Shown: in pieces, positions 28,482 to 37,753 of the stretch | Position numbering within the stretch: position 1 is the first letter of the stretch | Layout: each line of letters starts with the position of its first letter | DNA from: a virus | Lineage: Duplodnaviria > Caudoviricetes | Direction: 5' to 3' (one strand) | DNA: 64,000 nt | Virus record (IMG/VR): IMGVR_UViG_2885593961_000002 | Coordinates: 1 to 64,000 of that record | Position numbers and translations under genes: made by a program | Notes under the pieces: model-generated | Database searches by the model: none | Told to the model about the DNA's origin: nothing | Seen by the model: the letters and a program-made list of their open reading frames with translations, nothing else

Positions 28482-28972
28482 ACGGCCTCCGCGAGTTCAT
28501 CTGGCAGTTCGATCTCGGCCCCGCAGATCTCGGCCACGTAGCAGCGCATCGCGGCGATGAGCGCGGTCGGGCCGTACGTCAGGCTTGCCACGTAAAACTG
28601 ATACATTGCGTCATGCTGCTGATGCTCGGTCGATTCTGACCAGGTTTGCTGTCCGCGCTCGGCGCACCATACCGGGATACGGACATTGTTGGTGTAGCCT
28701 TGCGCATCCCTGCCCCAGTCGTCATCGCTGCGAATGATGCTGATACCCTCGCGCTCAACGATCTCGAACCCTTGGACGCGATCGGTCGACGGGCTGAAGC
28801 GGTGGTAATGCGGAGCCGAGCCAGGGGAATTCTCGCGCTCGATCCACGCGGGAGTTGTCGCCTCCATGCGGCAGATCTTCACCACGCGGGCTTCCTTGAA
28901 CTGCGTCTCGAGCGCCGCGGAGACTGCCCAGTCGAGCGCCGCGCCCTTGAGTTCTTTTGTTTTGATCTTCAT
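28478..28972 (-). CDS. DUF2591/NinX-like phage protein
   Basis: LKGAALDWAV...FSPSTD...GPTALIAAMRCYVA. Confidence 0.7.
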   Translation of the reverse strand: MKIKTKELKGAALDWAVSAALETQFKEARVVKICRMEATTPAWIERENSPGSAPHYHRFSPSTDRVQGFEIVEREGISIIRSDDDWGRDAQGYTNNVRIPVWCAERGQQTWSESTEHQQHDAMYQFYVASLTYGPTALIAAMRCYVAEICGAEIELPDELAEAV

Positions 28973-28975
28973 GGG

Positions 28976-29557
28976 TTATCCGATATCCTTCACTCGTGCG
29001 ATAACGTGATTGCGGACGGCGTCCGGAAGATCGACGAATCGAATCAACTTTCCCAGGTACGCCCCCGGTTGCTGGCCCTTCGGCAACTCTCCCCACATGC
29101 TGACGCCAGTATTCGGCGAGGATGGGGAAATGTTGAAGCCGAGATACGCGCGTCGAGTGGCATCGTCTTTGTCGTCACTCATCCAGTACGGGAACACGGT
29201 GTATCGGTCGTTGTCCTGCGGCCCAGAGTCGTACGTCAACCAGCTCTCCTGCTCGACGGCGAGCAGCGCTTCGTTGATCGTGGGTAAGGTGTGTGCGTCA
29301 CCGAATCCGCTTGCCTTGGAGACCTCCTCGACGAAACCCTGCGCCGTTCGCAATGCCTCGACCAGCTTCTGGTGGGTGTTGACTGCAACGGTGATCGCAT
29401 GCGCGTCGAGAAACGGCATCGCGAAAAAGCCGCTCTCGGTGTAGCAAACCGTGTCGCCTTCAGCGTCAACAACACGCTCAACTCGATCGGCAAAGTCCGC
29501 TCGATCCTCTTGCGACAAGTATTCGCTTGCCATTTCAATGCGAATCGGAAGCTTCAC
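28976..29557 (-). CDS. Hypothetical protein
   Basis: Coupled ORF. Confidence 0.6.
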   Translation of the reverse strand: MKLPIRIEMASEYLSQEDRADFADRVERVVDAEGDTVCYTESGFFAMPFLDAHAITVAVNTHQKLVEALRTAQGFVEEVSKASGFGDAHTLPTINEALLAVEQESWLTYDSGPQDNDRYTVFPYWMSDDKDDATRRAYLGFNISPSSPNTGVSMWGELPKGQQPGAYLGKLIRFVDLPDAVRNHVIARVKDIG

Positions 29558-29904
29558 GATTTGCCCCCCCGCAGAACTGCCAGCGCCTCGTTGTAGCGCT
29601 TACGCTCGGGGGCATACTCCTCGTATGGTCCCTCGTAGCGTTCCTTGATCTCCGACATCGCCCAGGTGAATTGCTGCTCCAGTTGCCAGACGCGGTAGCG
29701 CAGTTGCTCCTTGTCGGCTTCTTCACGCGTCAGCGTGTGCAGCAGCAACTCAGCCTCTTCCTTCTTCAGCAGTTCGTCGCTGTAGCGGCCACCGACCTTC
29801 GCGCGGGAGATGACGTAACGCGGCGGCTCGTCGACACGTTGCAGGGTCTCGATCGTGAACGGGTACGGGGTGAAGTAACGGACGGGTTCTTTCATGATCA
29901 CCAC
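29554..29904 (-). CDS. Hypothetical protein
   Basis: Coupled ORF; start uncertain. Confidence 0.6.
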   Translation of the reverse strand: MVIMKEPVRYFTPYPFTIETLQRVDEPPRYVISRAKVGGRYSDELLKKEEAELLLHTLTREEADKEQLRYRVWQLEQQFTWAMSEIKERYEGPYEEYAPERKRYNEALAVLRGGKS

Positions 29905-30563
29905 CGTTGAATGTCAGCGCCGCTCAAACCGAGCGCGTTGCACTTCTCTCGGATGAACGAGAGGACATCGTTCAGGGTCTTCATTGCAGGCATGGTCTCG
30001 CGGCAGAAGTCAGTGCCGTCACTACCCTTGAAGACGATCTGCCACTTCACACCAACGTAGTGGAAGGTGTTCTCGGCGAGCGCACGGTTGTAGCTATGCG
30101 TGACCTTGATCGGTCTCGGCGGAGGCGGCTCAGGACGCTTCACGGAATCGATCAGCTCAGCGATTTTCCGATTCGCGAACTCGTCGACATCACCGATGTA
30201 GTTTTGCTTTTCGTCCTCGCTGCGGGATTCCCATTCGACGTCGAATTCGTCGGCCCATGCCTTCACGAGATCGCACAAACCGCGCGAACCGTCATGGTGG
30301 TCCATGATGTCGCCAGTGAGCTGGTCGGAGAACGTGTGCCAGCGGTTGCCCAGCGTGAACGAAAGGTCGAAGAGGATCTCCTGCTTGCGGAGGAGCGCCG
30401 GATGTTCGTTCACCGCGTCACGGATGTAGATGGCATGCTCCTGCGTCTGCGGTGTCTTATCGAACTCACAGATCACCTGCTCACCCACTTCTTTCAGCAG
30501 CAACCCGACGCCTTTATGATCGGACTCGGACAGGATTAGAGAGGTTTTGAACGGGCTGCTCAT
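29898..30563 (-). CDS. Hypothetical protein
   Basis: GGAGG SD; ATGA overlap. Confidence 0.65.
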   Translation of the reverse strand: MSSPFKTSLILSESDHKGVGLLLKEVGEQVICEFDKTPQTQEHAIYIRDAVNEHPALLRKQEILFDLSFTLGNRWHTFSDQLTGDIMDHHDGSRGLCDLVKAWADEFDVEWESRSEDEKQNYIGDVDEFANRKIAELIDSVKRPEPPPPRPIKVTHSYNRALAENTFHYVGVKWQIVFKGSDGTDFCRETMPAMKTLNDVLSFIREKCNALGLSGADIQRW

Positions 30564-31024
30564 TTCAGCGCCTCCCGCCCCAGTGCCAGGACCGCTTGAG
30601 CGTTCGCGATCATCTGCGGATTCGCAAGCCAGTCGTCCTGCCAGTCGTCGATCGAGAGCATGCTTTCAAGCGCGTCGACCAGTTGCTTGGTGAGCGCGAG
30701 ATTGTCTGCTGGCGCGATTCCCCCGAATTGGTTCAGGTTGAACCATTCGACGCGGCCCGCCTTGGTGACGATCGCCATCTTGTCTTCCTTGATGACGATC
30801 TTGCCTGCTTCAGTTGCCCCCTGCTCAGCCAGCTGGGCCATCTTTTTGCCCAGGATCGATTCGCGTTCTTTTCTGAAGTGGTCATTGATCTGATCCACCT
30901 TCTTGGCGAGGCTGAACAGCTCCGCTTCAGCGTGCTTCTTGCCTTCTTCGGTGCCATCGCGCAACGAGGCGACGAGCACGCCCATGACGCCCGACCAAGC
31001 CGGGGTCAATACGATAGTTTTCAT
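30560..31024 (-). CDS. Hypothetical protein
   Basis: Start re-placed at MKTIV. Confidence 0.6.
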   Translation of the reverse strand: MKTIVLTPAWSGVMGVLVASLRDGTEEGKKHAEAELFSLAKKVDQINDHFRKERESILGKKMAQLAEQGATEAGKIVIKEDKMAIVTKAGRVEWFNLNQFGGIAPADNLALTKQLVDALESMLSIDDWQDDWLANPQMIANAQAVLALGREALK

Positions 31025-31047
31025 GATGTGTGGTGGTGATGGGGGTA

Positions 31048-31080
31048 TAAAAAGAGCGCACTGGCCAGAGCGCACTCTTC
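31048..31080 (-). terminator. Intrinsic terminator
   Basis: GAGTGCGCT-loop-AGTGCGCTC followed by TTTTT. Confidence 0.65.
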
Positions 31081-31098
31081 CTTACTCAACCGGCTGAA

Positions 31099-31461
31099 TC
31101 AGTGCAGAAACGCCCTCGAAGCGATCTGTGCAGCGGTAGCGAGAACCGTCAATGTCACGAGCCACGTGATCATGGAGGTTTTCGCTTTCTCGATTTCGAC
31201 ACGAAACTCCCCACGCGTCTCCGTGAGGCCGAGCTTCATGTCTGCGCGGACGTTGTCGATTTCACGACGCAGATCGGTACGCGTCGCGTCGACCTTCTGC
31301 TCAACCGCCGTCTGCGTGTTGAGTAGATCCTGCTTTGTCGCCAGGGTCTGGTCGATCGCATCAGCCAGCGCCTCGGCCTGCATCACCGCGGTCTCGCGCG
31401 GGACCCCGCCTTGTTCGAGGCGCTTGACGTAAGCCAAGGTGTCGAAAGCGACAGACATCAT
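31099..31461 (-). CDS. DUF1640/CCDC90-like coiled-coil membrane-anchored protein
   Basis: AFDTLAYVKRLEQGG...QAEAL...ATKQDL plus C-terminal TM helix; AGGAG SD. Confidence 0.85.
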   Translation of the reverse strand: MMSVAFDTLAYVKRLEQGGVPRETAVMQAEALADAIDQTLATKQDLLNTQTAVEQKVDATRTDLRREIDNVRADMKLGLTETRGEFRVEIEKAKTSMITWLVTLTVLATAAQIASRAFLH

Positions 31462-31495
31462 GATTTCTCCTTGTACTTTGTAAGTTGATTCTACG

Positions 31496-31702
31496 CTATG
31501 CGGCAGTGGTTTCGGGAGCGCATCGACCCCAATTGCTGACGACCTTGTGACTGGTCGCCGTCGTGCGCTCGACATAGCCATACGCGCCCTCGTTGGCAAG
31601 CTGCTTGGCATGGGTTTCTGCATTCTTCTGCGAGCGGAATTCCCGGACGCGGTACTTGCCGCCTTGCGTCGTGAAGCGGGTGCGATAGATCGGCTTGCTC
31701 AT
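31496..31702 (-). CDS. Hypothetical protein
   Basis: Small early ORF. Confidence 0.5.
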   Translation of the reverse strand: MSKPIYRTRFTTQGGKYRVREFRSQKNAETHAKQLANEGAYGYVERTTATSHKVVSNWGRCAPETTAA

Positions 31703-31707
31703 ATTTT

Positions 31708-31914
31708 TCACAATGTGAAATTAGGATCGTGCAGGGTGCGCCACGCGGCGTCGCGAGCCTTCCGGCCCGACAACCCCTGCCGCTTGAACTGCTCGGTCAG
31801 CTGCCGGCGCGCGCGCCGGTCGGCCATGTCCGGGTTTGTGTACAGGTCCAGCTCAAGCTCGGCGACGCGCGCTTCCAGGCGCTGGATGCACTCCAGCAGT
31901 TGCTCCGGGTTCAT
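31708..31914 (-). CDS. Hypothetical protein
   Basis: ATGA-coupled. Confidence 0.6.
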   Translation of the reverse strand: MNPEQLLECIQRLEARVAELELDLYTNPDMADRRARRQLTEQFKRQGLSGRKARDAAWRTLHDPNFTL

Positions 31915-32240
31915 CCGTGTTGCTCAGCCAGCTGATTGGCCAGTTCGGTCGCCCCCTTGAGGACGTCGTCCAGGCACAAGTGATGGTCACAAACAACATC
32001 CCAACCATCGTTACCGTAGACGAGGTACACAGAGCCGACGTGGTTGTCGTCTTTCCAGAAGCGCAGATACTCCTCATCGCAGGCAAACAGCTCTGCGAGG
32101 ATCTTGTCCTTATCCGTGCTCTTCGAAATGGCCGTCTGCTCACCATCAAAGACGCTCAGCTTGAAACCTGCGGCGAGCGCGTCGACGACAATCTTTTCGA
32201 CGATCTGCTTCTCGATCGCAATGCGTTGTTCGATATTCAT
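31911..32240 (-). CDS. Hypothetical protein
   Basis: AAGGATCAACAC leader. Confidence 0.7.
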   Translation of the reverse strand: MNIEQRIAIEKQIVEKIVVDALAAGFKLSVFDGEQTAISKSTDKDKILAELFACDEEYLRFWKDDNHVGSVYLVYGNDGWDVVCDHHLCLDDVLKGATELANQLAEQHG

Positions 32241-32272
32241 GTGTTGATCCTTGGTTCAACTTGAACTTGTGA

Positions 32273-32629
32273 TCATTCGTCGACGGGAAACTGCACGCCG
32301 AGCGTCTTCGCCAGACGTGTGGCTTTCTCACGGATTTCGGCTGTTCCAAGAGGCGCTGAGAAAGAGTTGAACTCCCCCTCCACGCTGTAGCAGTCGACCA
32401 GCTCTGCGAGAAAGTCCGCCACGTTCGAGACAACATCTTTGGTGAGCGGATCTCTCGGTGTATCTCCTTCGTGAGCGGTAGCAGTTCCGCTACTCTCGCA
32501 GTCAAAGGCTTCGGAGCCATGCTGTGCGTATGCCTCCAACGCTGCCTTCTTCGCTTCTTCCGAGTTGGACGCTTCGAAGTCGTGCGTGTAGTACGTTGGC
32601 CGCGCGACAGTGATGGTGAATCTAGCCAT
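32273..32629 (-). CDS. Hypothetical protein
   Basis: GGAGGG SD before MARFT. Confidence 0.6.
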   Translation of the reverse strand: MARFTITVARPTYYTHDFEASNSEEAKKAALEAYAQHGSEAFDCESSGTATAHEGDTPRDPLTKDVVSNVADFLAELVDCYSVEGEFNSFSAPLGTAEIREKATRLAKTLGVQFPVDE

Positions 32630-33056
32630 GAGTGCCCTCCCCACGAATCACCGCCTCGATGCGTTCGACGACATCTGAAGGGGGTGTTGCACGCCCCACT
32701 TCGTATTCATGGTGCGAGAACAGGTAATCAGCGGTAGGCCGATCGATTTCGAAGAAGGCACACACTGCCTCCCACGACTCCTTGCCGTCAAAGGTGGGGC
32801 TGAGTGCCGAGCTGTAGCAGACCTCATCCCACTTGTAGCTGAGACCTTGGGCCTGGAACTCGGGCGTCGTGCAGGCCCAACCAACTGCGCACGCGGTCGT
32901 GCCGCACTCCACGATGCGCTGAGGGAGACCGCTGCTGGGGATGGCCAGTGCTTCTCGCGTCGACCAAGGGCTATCGACCCAGTCGCCGAGATCGAAGTGG
33001 TTCGGATTGACGGTCCTGAGCATATTGCTCAGCATCTTGAGACGTTCGATGTGCAT
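32622..33056 (-). CDS. Hypothetical phage protein
   Basis: GGGGAG SD before MHIERL; CGTTACAVGW motif. Confidence 0.65.
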   Translation of the reverse strand: MHIERLKMLSNMLRTVNPNHFDLGDWVDSPWSTREALAIPSSGLPQRIVECGTTACAVGWACTTPEFQAQGLSYKWDEVCYSSALSPTFDGKESWEAVCAFFEIDRPTADYLFSHHEYEVGRATPPSDVVERIEAVIRGEGTHG

Positions 33057-33057
33057 G

Positions 33058-33333
33058 TCAGTGCTCCCCGTATGCCGATTCGATCGACTTCCCCGAGTGA
33101 ACACAAACCATGTTCGCGTCTTCCCAGTTGATATCCATCGCGATCACCTTCCAGCCACCGTGCTTGTCATTTGCGATGATCGCGTCGCGGACAAGACCTG
33201 CGTTTTCTTTTGCGGCCTCGAACGACAGCGTTTCGCAATCGGATGTGATGAAGTAACACGGATAGCCGCCCGGCCAAGTGTAGGGACCGTGGTCCAGCGC
33301 CTTGTTGAAGTCGAATACGTGCTTGATGTTCAT
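33058..33333 (-). CDS. Hypothetical phage protein
   Basis: GAGG SD; YTWPGGYP motif. Confidence 0.65.
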   Translation of the reverse strand: MNIKHVFDFNKALDHGPYTWPGGYPCYFITSDCETLSFEAAKENAGLVRDAIIANDKHGGWKVIAMDINWEDANMVCVHSGKSIESAYGEH

Positions 33334-33343
33334 CGCATCCGCC

Positions 33344-33649
33344 TCAGAAGACGTACTCGTCGTTGTGGTAGACGGTCAGCACCACCGGGGTGTCGGCCGT
33401 CATGTACGGGTTGTAGGCGATACCCGTAACCTTTGCTCCGGTCTCGCGTTCGAATCGAGCGATCGTCTTTCTGATGTGGTCGCTCAACTGAAACTGGAGA
33501 ATGTCACGAGCGAACTTCACTTCTCGCTTCGTGTAAGGGGTAGGTTCAGGTTGAATCGTTGCGTTGGCGATCAGCTTGTCGATAGCGACAACGGCAGCGG
33601 TGTTTGCGTCATCGTCCTTCGTGATCGGGGCCAGTTCTTGCGTGCTCAT
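33344..33649 (-). CDS. Hypothetical protein
   Basis: AGGATCAAAAC leader before MSTQEL. Confidence 0.65.
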   Translation of the reverse strand: MSTQELAPITKDDDANTAAVVAIDKLIANATIQPEPTPYTKREVKFARDILQFQLSDHIRKTIARFERETGAKVTGIAYNPYMTADTPVVLTVYHNDEYVF

Positions 33650-33674
33650 GTTTTGATCCTGCGTGGTGGTGGTG

Positions 33675-33851
33675 TTAGCTTGCCCGGTACTCCGGGTACA
33701 TCTGAGCAATTTCGGATCGACTCGTGACCGTGTAGTCGTCGTGCATCCAACGGCCGATAAAGCTCTGCGCGTCGGCTGCGGAGTCGAAACCCGCGACGAT
33801 GAATTTCGTCTTGCGGTTGATCACGTAATACGGGAAGTTGGGGTTGGTCAC
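33675..33851 (-). CDS. 58-aa hypothetical protein (not in supplied ORF track)
   Basis: GTG overlaps the upstream TGA; VTNPNFPYYV...YRAS*. Confidence 0.55.
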   Translation of the reverse strand: MTNPNFPYYVINRKTKFIVAGFDSAADAQSFIGRWMHDDYTVTSRSEIAQMYPEYRAS

Positions 33852-34492
33852 GCCGGCACTCCCTCGCGCTCCTCTCGCACTCTGTCGTAGCTCGGGTCGC
33901 TGTACTTCGCGAAGAGATGCGGAAACGCTTCTTCGATCCGTCGACAGTTCGACATGTCAGCGTTGATCCATGCGTGGGCCAGTTTCCGAGCAAACTCGCC
34001 GGCGAAGTCGCGCATGTTGAATGCCATGCGCTGCCGCTCAGCGTAGGACCGCGACGAGATCGGATGCGGGCGTTGCTTCAGGCACATGCGACCGTGCTGT
34101 GCGTACATGGCAGCAAGACGCTGCTCGTGTGTCTCCTGCATGCCAGCAAAATGCTCGAGCATCGCCGTCAGGTGGAGAATCACGTCACGCTCGTTGAGCG
34201 ATTCAGCTCGATCAGTCACGGTGCGTTGATCCTCCAGCTCGTAATACCAAGCCTTGCGTAGATGCGGGCCGTCTTGATGGTTCTTGATCACCATGCCGCA
34301 CTGCTTGGCCATGTTGTCGATGAGCACGTCGAGCGGCAGGTTCACGTCGCGTTGTTCATCGTTCAGCTGCTCGAACACGCTTGCAGTAAGCACAATCTGC
34401 ATCGCTCGTTCGACGTATGGTGCGCGCTGGCCAGCGTCGCTCATCATCTCTTCGAAACTTTCAAACGGGCCGTAGGTGGTGGTGTTGCCCAT
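33848..34492 (-). CDS. Hypothetical protein
   Basis: AAGGATCAAACATC leader. Confidence 0.65.
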   Translation of the reverse strand: MGNTTTYGPFESFEEMMSDAGQRAPYVERAMQIVLTASVFEQLNDEQRDVNLPLDVLIDNMAKQCGMVIKNHQDGPHLRKAWYYELEDQRTVTDRAESLNERDVILHLTAMLEHFAGMQETHEQRLAAMYAQHGRMCLKQRPHPISSRSYAERQRMAFNMRDFAGEFARKLAHAWINADMSNCRRIEEAFPHLFAKYSDPSYDRVREEREGVPA

Positions 34493-34509
34493 GATGTTTG
34501 ATCCTTGGT

Positions 34510-34788
34510 TCAGGTTGAACCAATCAGAGCGTCGAACTCTTCTTGGTCAAGGTGGTAGTTGCGTTGGGATTGCGCGTCCTCCGTTACGAGGCGTGCCGCG
34601 ACGTCCCAGGTCTCAGCCGTATTGCGCTGGCAACCGTAGACAAAGTAGTCCCAATGCCCGTCGTCACGCGGCACGATGAAGACCGGAAGGCCCTTCACCA
34701 GCGCGCAATCAACGATCGGCTTGCCCGCGATACTCGGGCACCGACCTTTTCTCCATTCGACGGGATTGGGCCGACGTGAGAACAACAT
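34510..34788 (-). CDS. Hypothetical protein
   Basis: GGAGGGG SD. Confidence 0.6.
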   Translation of the reverse strand: MLFSRRPNPVEWRKGRCPSIAGKPIVDCALVKGLPVFIVPRDDGHWDYFVYGCQRNTAETWDVAARLVTEDAQSQRNYHLDQEEFDALIGST

Positions 34789-34809
34789 GGCCCCTCCTAG
34801 AAAATCCGC

Positions 34810-35100
34810 TCAGCTGTAGACCGGCTCCAGCGGCAGATGCGTAGCCGCGTTGCTGAACTCCTGCAACACGTCACGGATGACTCTTGCGTTGCGTCGATTG
34901 AGAACCAGCGTTGCGCACATGCGATCGAACGTTGCCTGCTCGATCTTGCTCGTGATCGCGCCGTGCTCTTCCTGATAGAACTTCAACAGGCGCTGCCTCA
35001 ATTTCGCCGGCACCGTGGTCGAGCATTCGTGTTCGGCACATTCGCGCTGCGTGGCGAACTCCCTGCCGTCCGAACTGGTGTACTTGCGGATCTCACGCAT
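34810..35100 (-). CDS. Hypothetical protein (paralogue of the 35104 gene)
   Basis: KYTSSDGREFATQRECAEHE. Confidence 0.65.
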   Translation of the reverse strand: MREIRKYTSSDGREFATQRECAEHECSTTVPAKLRQRLLKFYQEEHGAITSKIEQATFDRMCATLVLNRRNARVIRDVLQEFSNAATHLPLEPVYS

Positions 35101-35103
35101 GGC

Positions 35104-35418
35104 TCACCCCAGGATCGATTGCGACTGGGAACGCTCGGTGGCCTGCTGCACGAGTTCCAACCCGTCGAGTTCGAGCCTGCCACTCTTGATCTGCTCAAGA
35201 ATCTTCTCGACTTGCTGGAGGTTGTTGATGACCCCGTCGACGATCTTCATCAGCGGCTCGTCCTGCAACGCAACGCCGCACGACGCCTTCGCGTACTCAT
35301 CGTTGATGATCTGCGCGAGGTTGTCGGGTAATACCACGGTCACTTCGTGGCGCAATGCCTCGACGTAATTGGTGAACTGCCGGCCATCGGCCGTCACATA
35401 TGTCTCGATAGTCTTCAT
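35104..35418 (-). CDS. Hypothetical protein (paralogue of the 34810 gene)
   Basis: TYVTADGRQFTNYVEALRHE. Confidence 0.65.
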   Translation of the reverse strand: MKTIETYVTADGRQFTNYVEALRHEVTVVLPDNLAQIINDEYAKASCGVALQDEPLMKIVDGVINNLQQVEKILEQIKSGRLELDGLELVQQATERSQSQSILG

Positions 35419-35457
35419 GGTGGTGGGTTCTCTTCAGGGAATGCAGGCCGATCTCTG

Positions 35458-35574
35458 TCAGCTCGTGAACACGGTCAAGATCGGTCGAATGTCCTGCTCA
35501 CTGTCTTCACGCGACTTGAACAGCTCGTCGATTGCGTCAAACAGTTGGGGAGCCTCGGAATAGATAGAGTTCAT
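35458..35574 (-). CDS. 38-aa peptide ORF
   Basis: Fills the gap in the operon; MNSIYSEAPQL...VFTS*. Confidence 0.4.
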   Translation of the reverse strand: MNSIYSEAPQLFDAIDELFKSREDSEQDIRPILTVFTS

Positions 35575-35614
35575 GGTCTACGTTGATTCTTCTTGTTAGG
35601 TCTCAGGCGATGGT

Positions 35615-36022
35615 TCAAGTTGAACCTATCGGGTGTGGGTCGACGCCTTGAAACAACGCGTGATGAAAGACGTCGTGCAGGTAATCCTTGATGCTGTTCC
35701 GGTTTCGGCCAGTGATCCGGATAACAGCCCCCGTTTCCAGCGATGGCGTGACGATCACGTGGTGTTCCGACCATCCGTCGTACATCCCGTGTCCGTTCAT
35801 GTGGTGAAAATCAGCTTGAAATACCAGCTTGTTGCTCTTGCATTCGCCTTCGAGCAGTTGCGTGCCCGAGTCAAGGCCCGAGCCTGAAGGAAGCATGTCG
35901 AGCAGCTTTCGGAGGTGCGCTTCGTGGTTTGGCAGGAAGGAGCTGCGTGCGGACTTGCAGCGCTCGATAGTCGCGAGCGTGGACGCAATCGCGGCATAAA
36001 GCGGCATGGTGGTGGTGTGCAT
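35615..36022 (-). CDS. Hypothetical phage protein
   Basis: AGGA SD; LPSGSGLDSG motif. Confidence 0.7.
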   Translation of the reverse strand: MHTTTMPLYAAIASTLATIERCKSARSSFLPNHEAHLRKLLDMLPSGSGLDSGTQLLEGECKSNKLVFQADFHHMNGHGMYDGWSEHHVIVTPSLETGAVIRITGRNRNSIKDYLHDVFHHALFQGVDPHPIGST

Positions 36023-36146
36023 GATTCCTAGCGGAATGGTTTTGCCAGAGGCTCTATATGCCGCTGGCGTTGTTTTAGGCTAGGTGGGTATACGGGAGAT
36101 CCCGCAGTGCCCGCCTGGGCCTGGGAAAACGGTCTGGCCCGGAGAT

Positions 36147-36542
36147 TCAGCCGAAGATGTGCGCCCACACTCCGATCACGGCCAGTATCACGGTCGCGAG
36201 AGCGCACAGTCTGCCGATGGTGCGATCGGCGGAATCAGCGGAAGCCAGCTCGCGAGCGGTGAGTTCCACCCGGACGTTCCAGCCGCGGATGGTTCGAGTC
36301 GTCGAGACCGTGGTCGTCCGCACATAGGCTCGGGCGTCATACAGCGAAGGTGCAAGTTGCACGTTTCGCGGAGCACGAGCTGGAGCGAGGACGACGAGCG
36401 CGCGGCCTGCTACTGGAGCACGAGCTAGAGCACGAGCTGGAGCGGTAGCGAGCAACGCGTTTCTTTGAGCGGTCTCGATTACTTGCTGCGAGGGGGACAA
36501 GCATATCCGGTTTACAGGTGTAATTTTCATTGTCTTTGGCAT
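36147..36542 (-). CDS. Ala/Arg-rich hypothetical protein with C-terminal hydrophobic segment
   Basis: Contains three GAGCACGAGCTR repeats (36371-36443) encoding APARA-type units. Confidence 0.45.
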   Translation of the reverse strand: MPKTMKITPVNRICLSPSQQVIETAQRNALLATAPARALARAPVAGRALVVLAPARAPRNVQLAPSLYDARAYVRTTTVSTTRTIRGWNVRVELTARELASADSADRTIGRLCALATVILAVIGVWAHIFG

Positions 36543-36593
36543 TTATCGTATAGACGCGACAGAAACGCGATTCGGTAGCGCGTCGCAAATTCA

Positions 36594-36700
36594 GAGGGGA
36601 CAAGGATGGAGGTCTGATTCGTTTCTTATATAAAACTAGAACTATCAGATAGATGCGATCTCGCAATGAAGTCGACTTTGGCGCTCATCCTTGTCCCCTC
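36594..36700. repeat. 15-bp perfect inverted repeat enclosing a central palindrome
   Basis: GAGGGGACAAGGATG (36594-36608) and CATCCTTGTCCCCTC (36686-36700); axis 36647 is the centre of CTATC-A-GATAG. Confidence 0.9.
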
Positions 36701-36786
36701 CCTTTTCTTCTTCGGAACGGAAAGAGAAAGAGAAAAAGAAGAGAAGTTAAATAGCTAAGTCATTGATTACAGACGACAAACCAACA

Positions 36787-36803
36787 CAACTATCAGATAG
36801 TTG
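36787..36803. promoter_or_regulatory. Palindrome CAACTATC-A-GATAGTTG (putative protein-binding site)
   Basis: Perfect 8-bp arms; related copies at 36640-36652, 36969-36981 and 42916-42925. Confidence 0.65.
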
Positions 36804-37133
36804 CCGCTGCGCTTTGCACCCCTCCTGGCCATTGACCGGAGCTGGAGTTGGAGGGGGCGTGGTAGCGGACTAGGGACAAGGAAAATTATGTTGTATAGAA
36901 ACAACATAGTTTCAGGTGCCGGGTTACGCTCCGCACATTCGCTACCGCTCCCACAAAATCTCCCGGTCCAACTATCAGATATATGTGCGCGTTTCGCGTA
37001 ACGCGGAATACCGCACGATTAACCATTTCGGTTCAAGTTGAACGTTTGCACTCGCTTTATTTCCCACTTATCGAATGCGCCCCATACCAATAACGACACG
37101 ATCGCCAATGCCGCTACCGCTCCCGCGACCATG

Positions 37134-37514
37134 TCAGCGCCCTCCGCGCAGCGCGCGCAACGTTGCCCCGTCGCGGACGGTCGCGCCCCATGCGTCGACC
37201 AGCCGGCCGAGATCGCACCGGACCTCCTGGACCTGCACTTCGCGCCTGTATCGCGCCTCTGCCGCCCGCTGCCGCTTCCGCGTCATGGGTTGTGCTACCG
37301 CTTCTGCCGCAGGAGCGGTAGCGGCTTCGCGGGCGAACTCGGGCCATTCGTCTTCCGGGAGGTTGGCCCGGATCATCGCGATGCACGCCAGCCGCTCGGC
37401 GCGCTCGCCGTGCTGCTGATCAAACCGGAACGCGCGCTGATACTGGCGCTGCGCGTCAAGGCCGCTGGAAATCGCTTTCGAATAGTTGCTGATCGTCGGA
37501 TCAAGGTAGCGCAT
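37134..37514 (-). CDS. Hypothetical protein
   Basis: GGAG SD; palindrome 16 nt upstream. Confidence 0.6.
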   Translation of the reverse strand: MRYLDPTISNYSKAISSGLDAQRQYQRAFRFDQQHGERAERLACIAMIRANLPEDEWPEFAREAATAPAAEAVAQPMTRKRQRAAEARYRREVQVQEVRCDLGRLVDAWGATVRDGATLRALRGGR

Positions 37515-37719
37515 CGGAATTCTCCGGATAGTTCAACTTGCACTTTTCATCCAGTTTCCCGATCAAGCCGCCTACTGGGCGCTACTATGCCTGCCGCAGA
37601 GGCATGACCGGATTCATGGATGTGAAGGTGCCCTTGCGACCGGCGCGTAAGCGGTAGCGCCGGCCCCCTATAGGGCGAAGAAAAAGGAACGACTCACGCC
37701 ACCACGCGCGAGCCGTTCA

Positions 37720-37751
37720 AACCTGCCCAGTCTGGCAACTGGGCGGGGTTG
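37720..37751 (-). terminator. Probable terminator hairpin
   Basis: CCCGCCCAGT-loop-ACTGGGCAGG followed by TTT right after the 37754 stop. Confidence 0.5.
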
Positions 37752-37753
37752 AC

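Noticed and set aside
36291-36300. GGTTCGAGTC resembling a tRNA T-loop
   Set aside because: No cloverleaf or acceptor stem around it; lies within an ORF.
36371-36443. Three GAGCACGAGCTR repeats
   Set aside because: Explained as low-complexity Ala-Pro-Ala-Arg coding repeats.
9322-37660. 16-nt inverted match GCGCTACCGCTTACGC at 9322-9337 and 37645-37660
   Set aside because: A single GC-rich 16-mer match is roughly expected by chance in 64 kb read on both strands, and the contexts are unrelated.
37693-37712. Plus-strand hairpin CTCACGC[CACCAC]GCGCGAG with an ACCAC-like loop
   Set aside because: Opposite to local gene orientation, 6-nt loop and a mismatch; kept out of the motif family unless an antisense RNA is shown.
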